In this document: in pieces, positions 40,899 through 51,898 of the stretch
Numbering within the stretch: position 1 is the first letter of the stretch
How the letters are laid out: the number at the start of each line of letters is the position of its first letter
NCBI GenBank assembly: GCA_010015805.1
Contig: ML978129.1
Span: forward strand, 1,240,001 to 1,304,000
Origin: Rhizodiscina lignyota
Lineage: Eukaryota
Reading direction: 5' to 3'
DNA length: 64,000 bases
Notes under the pieces: generated by a model
The model's database searches: none
What the model was told of the DNA's origin: nothing
The model's input: only the letters and a program-made list of their open reading frames with translations
Program-made: the position numbers and the translations under genes

Positions 40899-42087
40899 AT
40901 GTCGATGACCAAATGCGCCTATGTCTCTTTGTCCTCCTACGATCTGCACACGATCCCTTATAACGAGAAACCTGGATGGGACTGCCTCATCCCATGGGAC
41001 GCCACCATCTACTGTCTCATTGCTGCCTTCCATGCGGTCGCAGTTTGGGCGGCACTTGAGATGACTTTGCAGGTCTTTACCACTTTCAGACGGCGGAATA
41101 CACTATACTTCTGGTGAGTAGCTCGACCCCAATTGAATTGCCAGCACAAGCTCAACGAACCTCAGGTCGCTGCTTGCCTGTTCTTGGGGCACCATTGGAC
41201 TCACAGTTTCCTTCGATCTGAAACTCTTCGCACTCACCAAGAGTATCTACTGGGCATTTCTCACCGCTCCCACCTGGGTTGCGATGACCACAGGCTTCTC
41301 GTTTATCCTCTACTCACGCCTGCATCTTATCACCACCAACATTACGCTTCTCCGCACAGTGTTCTGGATCATCATCGTGGATGGCTTTCTCTTCCACACT
41401 CCTGTCATCGTATCCGAGTTCTTGATAGGCCCATTTGGCACCAAATTCTACGAATACGCGTCGTATTGCGAGATTGCCTTTGTCGTTCAAGAATTCGCTA
41501 TATCTTCGCTGTACCTCTTCCTCTTCCGGAAATTCCATCATGACGAACCCATCGTGAAGGGTCGAACTTTGTCAACATTTTTGCTGCTTATACTCGCAGA
41601 AATGATTGTCTTGCTTTGCGATATCCTGATGCTCGTGGGTCTTTATGCTCACTACTACGTCCCGCGCATGATGATCCAAACCTTCACATATGCGCTCAAG
41701 GCACGAATCGAATTCCTGGTGCTCAATCGCCTCGCGCAGAGAGGGTCTCGCAGCTCGATCACACCCAACATCGAAACCGAGAGTGACGAAGATGGTAGTC
41801 GGAAAACTACACAAAGCACTTCGTCTTGGGGGAGTAGATTCGCTAGCCGCTCTACGAGTGAGCAAAAGAGCGGCGCGTCGACAAGATCGCTCTCGATTCA
41901 GAAAGGCGTCATGGCTGAATCGAAAGCGCCCATTACCGACCTGCCACTTTTCCTTTGCTATGATGCGGAACCCAGACTCAAAAGCACAGGCTCAGTCGCC
42001 GGTCACGCCAAATCACACGACGGCGATAGCCTACAGTCTCTGGAGCGGCTTTATCTTGGAAATTTTGGATCGGATGCTACAGTTTGA
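40899..42087 (+). CDS. Multi-pass integral membrane protein (fungal DUF7703-like)
   Basis: TFRRRNTLYFW|SLLAC junction (intron ~41115-41165), MTTGFSFILYSRLHL, YALKARIEFLVLNRL; about 7 hydrophobic segments. Confidence 0.75.
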
Positions 42088-42998
42088 TGGAGCAGGACCG
42101 CCACTAGAGTCCGCCCTCATACGATCCTTACCGGACTGAGCAGAATAAAAGACAAGAGAAGGGGCAGGTCCGTTAACAGAAGGAAGCGTACTGATGTTCC
42201 TTGAAGACCAATCGGAATCAGGCGACTCTGGCTCCCATGAAGCTATTAAGAAGTATAACTGGGTGAGTCTTCACAGTACTATCCTCACGAGTAAGCAAAC
42301 ACGACCGCTCATCTGCATCGTGCTAGGCACAAGAACGCTGTCGCGAAAATCTTCGGGATTGATGCAAAGCAAGTCCTTATCAATACCCAGGTACAACATC
42401 ATTGATGAAATGGTACAGCGGGCATTCCATACACCTTCGAAAAGTGTTTTGACTTTTGAAGCGCCGGAATACCAATAGCATTGATGGACACTACTTCCAG
42501 TACACACTGCACAGATGCCATTCAAAGCAAACAACGATTAGGGAGAGAACGTGATTGCTGCACAGAAAGTCAGAAACAAATATTCACATTTCGCTCAACG
42601 CTGTCGGAGTCGTCGGACAGACTTCTTGTGCAATCAAATCGATTGTGTGCAATCATTATCGCACAATTGTTCTTCAGCGCGCCGCGGACTCAGACAAATA
42701 CACAGATCGTATGAAAATTTTCATGTATTCGATGCGCGGCGCGAGCTCTCTAGACGCTCGACAGCAAAATCGTAGACTGAACTATTGAGAGCTCAAAAAG
42801 CTTCCTGGAGTCATTAATAGCATCATTTCTCTGCAGGGAATAATGCTTCAATGGCGAATAATGCACCTAAATCTACCTGCAAACCGTGACTTTTCGACCC
42901 CTAACGAAATGCATGCTTAAGAAAGAAGATTTACCACATCTGTACCCCCAGATTGCTCTTGGATTTCTCCACCGTCTTGGTCCATTCGCACATGCCCC

Positions 42999-44669
42999 TC
43001 ACTCGTCATCATCGAATCTCCTTGTTGTTTGCTTCTTCGGCCGGCCCTCTGCTTTCTCGGGCAGGAATCCCATCGCAACGATGTTAAGGAAAGCCAAGGC
43101 CAGCAGAACCAGCCAGATCAATTGCCCTCCGATCCACTGGGATCTGACTCCAAGCGCATACAAGCTTGAGAATAGCACTGGTGCAAATGCTCGGATACCG
43201 CTGACCATTGCCAAAGCCAGCGCGTTTAAGGTTCCGAATGCGGACGAGGATGGCGAAATATCGTTTAGAGAAAGTTGAATGGCAGCTGTAAAGCGAGATT
43301 CATTAGTCATGTTAGAATTGCGACTATGAGGGAGAAGGGCTCACTGAACGACATTGCTATGCCGCTTCCGATGACCAGGCAAGGGGGCACTATGATCCAG
43401 AAAGCCACTTTCAAGTTGTGCTTCAGAAGTAGGTAACCCAACGGCCACCCGGCGAAAAAGAACGGCCATGCATATCCGCAAATGCGTATGATGCCTCCCG
43501 TTCCGATCCGATGCTGCAAAGGCGGAAAGATGAATAAGAGCCACATTGCTTGAGCGAGGCCTCCCAGGCCGAGAAAGGCGGAGATGAGTTGCGGCGAGAA
43601 TCCATAACCACCTAGCTCTAGGTCTGTGAACCAGAAGACAGGTATGACTATAGCTCGGTCAATTCATAGATCGACGATGGTTACTGTGAGTACTTACTGG
43701 CGGTATATGCCAATGCCAACAACATTATCGTGCTGTAGAGCGCTAACACAGGCAGTACTCCTGGGGCTTTGATAATCTCCCATGCCGACATCGGCTTTGG
43801 TGCTTCCTCGCCCTCTTTCTTCCCCTTCAGAGTTTCTTTCACGAACAGCGTGCATACCAAAGCTGCGCTAGCTCCAAACAACCCCGTCACCAGAGTGGGA
43901 AGCGCGTATGGGAAGTCCTTGAAGAGCTGAACATGGCCGAAGACTCTCGGATACACCTCTGCCGGCTTCGCCAAAACGCCACCGATTAATGGTCCAACGA
44001 AAATACCAAAGTTGCTCGCAAACGCGAAGAAGCTGAAGGCGCGAGCTTGCGTTTTGGGCGTGCTATTCTCCGTGATCATAGCCCTCACCGTGACGACGGT
44101 TCCGGCGAAAATGCCAGCAACACATCTGAAGACAACCATTTGCCACACATTGACGCTGAAGCCGAAGAGCGCTGTGGCGACGGCGACGCCCCAGAGAGAG
44201 AACACGAGTGTTGGCTTGCGGCCGAAGCGATCTGCTGCTCGACCCCATGGCACCATCAAGAACATCTGGGTCAATGAAAACAACGATTCCTGCAATTTTT
44301 ATCAGTACCAAAACATATCTTCAATAGATCTTGAGAACATACGATAAGGCCACTCCAGAAACCGACATCTGACTCCTTGATACCTCCAGTTTCGAAGATC
44401 ATTTGATTGATGAAAGGGAAAATCGAGAAGAAGGCGATTGGTTCAATTAATCGTGCGTAGCAAAGTAGGAATATCTGAACTTTGGGTAAGGGAACATCTT
44501 CCTCTTCTTCATTGTTGTTCTCCGTATCATTGGTGGCCGGTGCAATTTTTGCTTTCCCATTGGCCTGTAGTAGTTCTGCAGGAGTCGGAGCGGGTATGAG
44601 AGGAGTTCGCTCATCGACCATCTCGCCATTTTCACGGCCTTCATGGCCGGTAGAACTTGTTGAAGCCAT
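42999..44669 (-). CDS. Major facilitator superfamily transporter (DHA1/YCR023C-ZIFL-like), multi-exon
   Basis: MFS motif A WGRAADRFGRKP, AMITENSTPKTQARAFSFF..G..GP.IGG, PYALP; N-terminal DERTPLI dileucine-type sorting motif. Confidence 0.9.
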
Positions 44670-45312
44670 TGTTGCTATCTCCAGACCATTATGTGGATAA
44701 GCGCGGCACTGGTGATTGTGAGAAAATAAAGGCCAAGTTGGAGGACGTTTGTGGAATAAGATCAAGATCGGGTATAGGATAGCGTAGGCAGCACAAATTA
44801 CGATGGGCTCAACGTCGGCAGCGTCTACCTAATCTTCTGATAGGGCATGCAGTTTCCGATTGACCAGGACGGAGAGGAGCCGTCTTTGCCGGATTCGGAG
44901 ACCGCATTTTACTTTTGGGGAAGGTCTTGTGCGACGCTCGTACGTATTTCGTAGAATTTCAGAGCATGGCCGATCACCGGCGTAAGCGCTCTCGGCTATG
45001 GGAACAGGCTCCTTTATGCGATCGCATTTACCGTCGGTTTGAAGTCGTAGAGGCATGAAGACATTCAGATTGATAATAGAGAAGCAACTTGCAGTATCAA
45101 AGCCATATCCACGCTAAGACTAATTTGGAAGGAGTTCTGATACCGCAATACCTTACTATTGTGAGGGTCTGTGCACGCACTAAACGCCTTCGGGTTACCT
45201 TAATGTTGTTTCTAGTCAGTTAGTCGCGTGTCGTCACCATTCGCGTGAGTCGAGCTTCGAGACCTCACTATTTATCGGTGATATTCACCATGTGAGGCGC
45301 CAAGCAGAACCA

Positions 45313-47955
45313 ATGGCCAGTCCGGCGAAGAAGCGGAAGAAGAACGATTTTCAAAGCTCCCCACAGGCCATCCACAGCCTCGACTATTTCTTCTCCAAGC
45401 AGCAGAATGCAGCAAATAGCTCGACACCGAAATCGAGCGACGATACCGTCGGCGGTAGCGCGGTGGCACAGAGCGAGAATAACCCCGAGGAAAGTCATCT
45501 GTTAGCGGATGAGGAGCTTGCCCGCAAGCTTCAGCAGGAGTGGGACGAGGAAGCTGCGAGGCGTGATGTGGCCGTTCGAGGAGATGAAGATGACAACGTC
45601 GGTGGAGCTACATTCGGACAAGAGAATGGTGGAAAAATTGCGGACGTCGAAGATGCCCCTGTCCCAGGAGCAACTCCTCTAGATTCGCGAACTGAGGCTC
45701 CAAGCAATTCAAATGCTGCGAAGCAGACGCTCTCACTTCAATCCGTAGCTACCGACGAGGATACCGCGTGCGCCAATGTACCCTTTGACGAGAGTCCTCT
45801 CACCTTCGATCCCTCGAAATACATTCCAGGCCTCCAGCGCCTCTGGGAATCGGACGGAGGACATGCGACCTATGCGCTCCTCACGAGATGCTTCGTCCTG
45901 GTGAACAGCACCACAAGCCGCATAAAGATCGTCGACACGCTAGTGAACTTACTAAGGACAATCATCGAAGGCGATCCTGAGAGTCTTGTTCCTGCTGTGT
46001 GGCTTGCGACGAATTCGATATCTCCTCCGTACATTGACCTCGAGCTCGGCTTGGGCGGATCCGCAATATCCAAGGCCTTGAAGAAAGTATGCGGATTGGA
46101 CAATGCTGGGCTGAAAACATTGTTCAACAAATACGGGGATGCTGGCGATGTAGCGTTCGAGGCGAAGAAGAGGCAGTCATTCACATTGCGCAAGCCGAAG
46201 CCTCTCACAATCAGAACCGTGTATGATTCCCTGGTCAAGATCGCCAATAGCAAAGGCACTGGTAGTCAAGAGGTCAAGCAGAGGATAGTTGAAAGACTGC
46301 TACAAGATGCAAGAGGTGCAGAGGAGAGCAGGTACATTGTGAGGACACTTGTGCAGCATCTTCGGATTGGCGCTGTTAAAACGACTATGCTTATTGCGCT
46401 GTCTCGAGCGTTTTTGCTCTCTCGGCCATCGGGTGCTACGTTTCCAATCCGGCTACAAGAGGAATTGAAGGCGCTGAAAAAGGAGCAATTGGCGGAGATT
46501 TATTCGAAGAATGAGGAGATTGTAAAGGCATGTTTCGCTCGACGACCTAACTACAATGATATAGTGCCGACGCTACTCGAAATCGGCGTTTGCGACGAGT
46601 TGCTCCTCCGCTGTGGATTGGCACTGCACATCCCGCTTAGACCAATGCTGGGTAGCATTACTAGAGACCTCGGCGAAATGCTGACCAAACTACAAGGCCG
46701 TGACTTTAGCTGCGAATACAAGTACGATGGCCAGCGTGCCCAAGTGCACTGCGACGAGAATGGCAAGGTGACAATCTTCTCCCGCCATTTAGAAGTTATG
46801 ACTGAGAAATATCCGGACCTTGTTGCCCTCGTTCCTCAAATCCGTGGCGAAGGGGTCAGCAGCTTCATCCTTGAAGGCGAAGTTGTTGCAATCGACAAGA
46901 CGAACGGAGACCTGAAGCCTTTCCAAGTTCTGTCGAATCGAGCTCGCAAGGATGTTGTCATCGCAAGTGTGACAATAGATGTGTGCTTGTTCGCGTTCGA
47001 CCTCATGTACCTGAATGGTGAAGAATTGCTTGATCGGCCTTTCCGCGAGCGAAGGAATCTGCTCCGCAGCCTTTTCGTCGAGATCCCGCATCATTTCACA
47101 TGGGTGAAGAGTTTGGACGCAACGTCGGCAGAGTCAGAAGCAGTGCTGGAATTCTTCAAGAGCGCAACAGACGTCAAGTGCGAAGGCATCATGGTCAAAG
47201 TCCTTGACAATCATGTCGAAAGTCTCGAGAACGAGAGTGAAACAAACGGCCAGCACGGCATGGATGGAGCTGTTCCTCAGACTCCGAGAAAGTCGAAGAA
47301 GGCGTCTAAGAAGGCGCAGGCTCGTTCTGAGGCTGATACCGCCGAAACTGGGAAATCATCCCGTCGGAAGGCTCTTCTTGCCACATACGAACCGGACAAA
47401 CGGCTCGATTCCTGGCTAAAAGTCAAGAAAGATTACAATACCTCGGCCGATACTATCGATCTCATTCCCGTCGCCGGCTGGCATGGTCTAGGACGAAAGA
47501 ATAAATGGTGGTCCCCGATCCTACTAGCTGTTCGAAATCCCGAAACAGGATGTCTCGAAGCTGTGACTAAATGCATATCCGGTTTCACGGACAAGTTCTA
47601 CCAAGCCAATCGCGAGAAATACGATCCTGACACCGGTGAAAATGTTATCTCCAAGCCAGCATATGTCGAATATGCGGGTAACCCGGAGGTGTGGTTCGAG
47701 CCACAGGAGGTTTGGGAAATGGCGTTTGCGGATATCACGCTGAGCCCGACATATACTGCCGCTATTGGACTTGTTAGCGAGGAAAGAGGCCTCAGCCTGA
47801 GATTTCCGAGATTTTTGAAGGTGAGAGAGGATAAGAGTATTGATGAAGCAAGCACCGCGGACTTTCTGGCGGAACTGTACAGGAAGCAGGAGGCCAGAGC
47901 AGTGAAGGAAGGTGATGCAGGAAAGGAGGATGCCAACGTAGAGGAAGAGGAATGA
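45313..47955 (+). CDS. ATP-dependent DNA ligase, Lig1-family paralogue (Adl1-like rather than Cdc9)
   Basis: Adenylation motif EYKYDGQRAQ, EGEVV, FAFDLMYLNG, EGIMVK, WLKVKKDY, SLRFPRF; intronless. Confidence 0.93.
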   Translation: MASPAKKRKKNDFQSSPQAIHSLDYFFSKQQNAANSSTPKSSDDTVGGSAVAQSENNPEESHLLADEELARKLQQEWDEEAARRDVAVRGDEDDNVGGATFGQENGGKIADVEDAPVPGATPLDSRTEAPSNSNAAKQTLSLQSVATDEDTACANVPFDESPLTFDPSKYIPGLQRLWESDGGHATYALLTRCFVLVNSTTSRIKIVDTLVNLLRTIIEGDPESLVPAVWLATNSISPPYIDLELGLGGSAISKALKKVCGLDNAGLKTLFNKYGDAGDVAFEAKKRQSFTLRKPKPLTIRTVYDSLVKIANSKGTGSQEVKQRIVERLLQDARGAEESRYIVRTLVQHLRIGAVKTTMLIALSRAFLLSRPSGATFPIRLQEELKALKKEQLAEIYSKNEEIVKACFARRPNYNDIVPTLLEIGVCDELLLRCGLALHIPLRPMLGSITRDLGEMLTKLQGRDFSCEYKYDGQRAQVHCDENGKVTIFSRHLEVMTEKYPDLVALVPQIRGEGVSSFILEGEVVAIDKTNGDLKPFQVLSNRARKDVVIASVTIDVCLFAFDLMYLNGEELLDRPFRERRNLLRSLFVEIPHHFTWVKSLDATSAESEAVLEFFKSATDVKCEGIMVKVLDNHVESLENESETNGQHGMDGAVPQTPRKSKKASKKAQARSEADTAETGKSSRRKALLATYEPDKRLDSWLKVKKDYNTSADTIDLIPVAGWHGLGRKNKWWSPILLAVRNPETGCLEAVTKCISGFTDKFYQANREKYDPDTGENVISKPAYVEYAGNPEVWFEPQEVWEMAFADITLSPTYTAAIGLVSEERGLSLRFPRFLKVREDKSIDEASTADFLAELYRKQEARAVKEGDAGKEDANVEEEE

Positions 47956-48107
47956 ACAGGTGTTTTGCAAAGACTCTGGACCATATTACACGAATGTACA
48001 TACCTCACAGTGCACATAATATTTCGTGTATAAAGAAATATCGTGTTAAGTTTACTCCGCCTCTTCTCGTTAAATTCGGCGCATTGACGGGGGATGAGCA
48101 AACTCAT

Positions 48108-49001
48108 TCAAGAATCGCCATCTTCTTGCAGCATACGCTCGCATTTCACCTTCAGCTCTTCGACACCGTCAATGCCTTTCCACCGTTCAAGCAGGGGCAC
48201 AATATCCTTGAATTCATTCTGTGCATCAGTTTTTCGACCCTCAGCAATGAAAGCCTCCATCCGCTGAGGAGTCCCCAGAACCCATCGGACCGTCTGTTTC
48301 TTGCTCTGATTACTGGCCTGCTCAGTAGAAGTTGATGTGGCTTGAGCACGGCCGGTGCGATCAATGAGTGAGTTGGATAGAGTCGAAGCTGTATACGCTA
48401 TGTGTGATATTGCAGGGGATAATGTAGACGTTGCTGGCGTCAAGGGATCCATGTTCGACCGCATCTACACTATGTGAGCATGGTATAACTCTAGGTCGAA
48501 TGGAAGAGAGCTGTACCTTTCGGATCGTGTCGGTTGCAGCGATGAGCTTCGAGTAGTTATCATACACCAGAGCTTTCCTCTCGCCATCCAGATTCTTGAT
48601 TTCTATTACCCAGGTTGTCAGCATCCTCATTCTCTTCCGAATAGAATTACCATGGTGGTATCCCTATGCATACCGCTAATCAAATCACCCTCAACTTTCA
48701 GTACACCTTCTAGCCCTTCCTTTGCAAGAACATCCTTCACATACGCCGCAGCGTCAAATCCATTTCGGTCGAGCTCGCTGACCGGGCCTATGTCCTTGTG
48801 TACTGGCTCTGATGGTGGCACATTAGGTGCCTCTCCATCAACTACAGTGGCCTTGAGCCCGTAGTAATCTCGAAGTGCAGCTCGATTGCGACGTTGGTTC
48901 TGAGGTCTCGTGGCTTGTGATTGTGGAAGCTCGAGTGAGGTTCGTGATGAGGATGGGCTGCGGAGAGAGCTCGATTGTCGAGGAGATGCGATAGTCGACA
49001 T
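48108..49001 (-). CDS. VPS51: GARP complex subunit Vps51-like
   Basis: RRNRAALRDYYGL, LD...FD...YV, EIKNLDGERKALVYDNYSKLIAATDTIRK|MRSNMDPL; two introns. Confidence 0.88.
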
Positions 49002-49119
49002 TGGCGTAGCGATTTGACGGGCCAGAGAAGGATCCTGTACTCTGGCAGAGATTGAGATGATGAAGTGGTGTAGTAATAGCAGGTTTAGAAGAGAGAGACG
49101 TTACATACATGCTTGGTAT

Positions 49120-49177
49120 ACCCTAACCCTAACACGGGCTACGCGACGTTCATCACCAGATCTTTTTCACTACGCGT
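49120..49177. promoter_or_regulatory. Compact bidirectional promoter (VPS51/RMI1) with telomere-repeat box and MCB elements
   Basis: ACCCTAACCCTAAC at 49120-49133, ACGCGA 49141-49146, ACGCGT 49172-49177. Confidence 0.5.
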
Positions 49178-49251
49178 CTGCTTCTCTAAAGGAGAGTATC
49201 CGAATTAATGGGCCGCAAAATGTGAGAACTCGATCTGAGTTATCCATAATT

Positions 49252-49938
49252 ATGGCCCCAGGAGGCTCGGTTGCACAAGAAATTTCCGCTCATCTCGCAA
49301 CCAAATATCTCCAACCAACAACAGCATGGCTTCACAATTTCGTATCCAGTGACCGCCCGTCAATGCCTTTGGCAGCATTGAAGCAAACAGCACTATTTCG
49401 AATTCTGGCATCCGACATTCGTCAAACACTACAAGCTTCTCCAGAATCGGTATTTCCGCCAGACGTCCTCAACGCCAACATCAAAGAGCGTGAACTCGGT
49501 GGGCCAATCGTAGTTCAAGTCCTGCATATCGAAGACATTGGCAAATCACGATGGAGCCAGGTGGAAGAGCTTGAGGCTGCTGAGAGAGGCGAAACTACGA
49601 AGGGGAGGGAGATCATTAGAGTTACGCCTGCGGACGATGGGACGAGCGCCACAGAGACTCCAAAGAGCGCAGGGCCGCATAAATTGACACTGCAAGATGT
49701 CAAAGGCACCGCCGTCTTTGCCGTTGAGTTGAGCAGTGTTACCGGCCTTGATGTGGGAATGAACATGGGCACAAAACTGGTGTTGAAGGATATCACATTT
49801 GCAAGGGGTGTGGCGTTGCTTGAGCCGAAGTGCACTCAGATTCTTGGAGGCAAGATTGATGCTCTTCATAAGGCGTGGAAGGATGGGAGAAAAGAGTCAT
49901 TGAAAAAAGCTGCTGGTGCGGGCGAGCAAAATCAATGA
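49252..49938 (+). CDS. RMI1: RecQ-mediated genome instability protein 1 (OB-fold)
   Basis: TALFRILASDI, GPIVVQVLHIEDIG.S, GPHKLTLQD..G..V.A.E, GTKL.L...ARGV.LL.P....LGG.I..L. Confidence 0.85.
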   Translation: MAPGGSVAQEISAHLATKYLQPTTAWLHNFVSSDRPSMPLAALKQTALFRILASDIRQTLQASPESVFPPDVLNANIKERELGGPIVVQVLHIEDIGKSRWSQVEELEAAERGETTKGREIIRVTPADDGTSATETPKSAGPHKLTLQDVKGTAVFAVELSSVTGLDVGMNMGTKLVLKDITFARGVALLEPKCTQILGGKIDALHKAWKDGRKESLKKAAGAGEQNQ

Positions 49939-50053
49939 TGGATTGCTTTTAATGGATCGCTTGAGCGACACGACGTCACAGCCTTGGAGCAGCTGCGTAT
50001 CTTCCAGCAATGTGCGAGGACGTCGATTGCCTGCTGACTTCTCGATCGTCTTG

Positions 50054-51061
50054 CTAAAACTTTTCCAAGGCAGGCCTCATATCCAACTCATGCGTCCACA
50101 GACATGGCTCTTGTCCGTGGAGGAACAAGTATGTCTTGCCCACCGCCTCGGCGCTCATTTGCTTTCCGATTTTCTGCGCTTCACCATTCTCATCTCTGAT
50201 CGGACCATTGGCGATGGTATGCGCTACATGAATACCTTTCTCGCTCATCTCACGAGCAAGAGTCTGAGCAAGTTGTCGAACGCTGGCGCGCCCAGCGCCA
50301 TATGCGGCATATTGAGCGCTGCAGCGGAGGGCACCGAGAGTTCCAGTGAAGATGAGCGTCTGACGATCTTAGTCGATGGCATTGTCATGGCTAGGCAAGG
50401 AGCGGCTGATGGCATTTGAAATGCCATGAGAGCGCTCTGGATAAGAGAACCAAAACTTACCCCTTTCTTTTCCGCTCCTTCGGCCAAGGGAGTCTCCCCA
50501 TGATCAACAAAGAATCGTTTCAGAGACTCCTGAGCGAAGACGAAAGCTCCGCCAACATACGTTTCAAGCGATTGCGTAAAATCCTTCGAGAGTAAGTCAG
50601 AACCTCATTTGTACGCAGATGAATGAGAATGCATTGTACCAACATACCTCGAAGGTCTCTTCCATGAACGGCTTTTTACTGCTATGCTTGACGCTGAAGA
50701 TCGCCATACGGAGTTTGAGACCCTTTAGTCGCTCATGCTGCTTGATGGCTTCGAACGTCTTTGCCAGCGAAGCTGGGGATGTGTCTGTAGGGAATGTCTC
50801 GAACGTTGCACCAGGAACAGACGATTCCAACGACTGTTTGAGCTGCTTAAGCGGCTCTTCGCGTCTCGCAAGTAGCGCCACGGCAAAGTTGCCGTGAGAT
50901 GGATGAGCTAGGATGCGTGCTATTCCAGCACCCTACGAGAGGAGTTACGGACCAATTCATGTACATACAATTTCGCAAGTTCATCAAGTGTATGCAAGAT
51001 AGGTATCACTTACAGTCGATGGTCCAGCTCCTATGAGAATTGCTAAACCTGTGGGAGCCAT
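50054..51061 (-). CDS. Short-chain dehydrogenase/reductase (atypical, YxxxR)
   Basis: ILIGAGPST|GAGIAR Rossmann motif, VALLARR, GTLIFTGTLGALR..YAAYGAGRASVRQLAQTLAREMSEKGIHVAH; three introns. Confidence 0.85.
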
Positions 51062-51824
51062 GACAAGTGATTTCCTCTATGTAGAGTCTTAGAATGATCG
51101 ATTGAAACTTTCGAAAGTGGGAATATCATCATAGAGCCGGTTCAAGGGTTAGGGTTGCGTTGGTTACCTACTTAACTCCGGTAATCCCCCCCGAGGTCAA
51201 CCCACTCGGCTGTGAGATTGTATTGTGTACAAACCCGAGCTCAGGTTGACGAGGCTTCTGCTCCAAGTTCAACCATAGTTACGCAACAGTTTAATAGAGA
51301 AAGGCCCTTCTTCGACAACAGCAGCACCATACATTGCACATACGTGCATGTTGCAGTACAGCCTTCATCCAGAAAAGTGCACAAGGTCCGAGGTTCCATT
51401 GCTGAGGGTTTATAGCTTCCGCTGACTCAAGGGGCGCTGCTCTCAGATCCTGTTTCTTTGGCTGTTGCCCTTCTTCTATCTCGTGAAACTTCTGCGTGAA
51501 GTTGGATCATTCAAACCGTTGCTCTTCTTTCATGAAAGCGAGACTGTATGCAAGATATGCCGACTGTCTTGTGCTTGAGTTAAGAAGGCCCCCTATTCCT
51601 GGAACCAGACGGGTGCTCATACAAGTGGGTGCATGACCGCCTGTGACGATGGGTGCGGAGATACCCATTGGTACGGGCACATAGGTACCTGGAATTGGGT
51701 GCTCTGTCGACACAAGGTTCGAATCATCATCTGTATTCACCTTGTTCGACGCAAAACACATGTGGAATGGGCACGGTATTGTATAGAGAAGAAGATGTAT
51801 TCAAGACTATCTAATTTACATACT

Positions 51825-51898
51825 GAGTTCGTCTTGGTTTCACCCCGAAGGGCTACTCACACCGGACAGCACGTGAAGCTGCGAACTCGTCGTCCGGC
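51825..51898 (-). ncRNA. HDV-like (CPEB3-type) self-cleaving ribozyme
   Basis: Minus-strand RNA GCCGGAC GAC GAGUUCGC AGC UUCACGU GCU GUCCGGU GU G AGUA GCCC UUCG GGGU GAA ACCAA GA CGAACUC. It gives a 7-bp P1 with G1.U wobble, an 8-bp P2 with one bulged A, a 3-bp P3, L3 UUCACGU, a single-pair P1.1, P4 with UUCG loop, and J4/2 A-C-C-A-A with putative catalytic C at 51837. Confidence 0.88.

Noticed and set aside
51836..51860. GUGAGUA-GCCC-UUCG-GGGU-GAAAC as a hammerhead ribozyme core
   Set aside because: Core deviates from CUGANGA, and stems I/III with an NUH triplet cannot be formed; the same bases fit the HDV-like P4/loop-E fully
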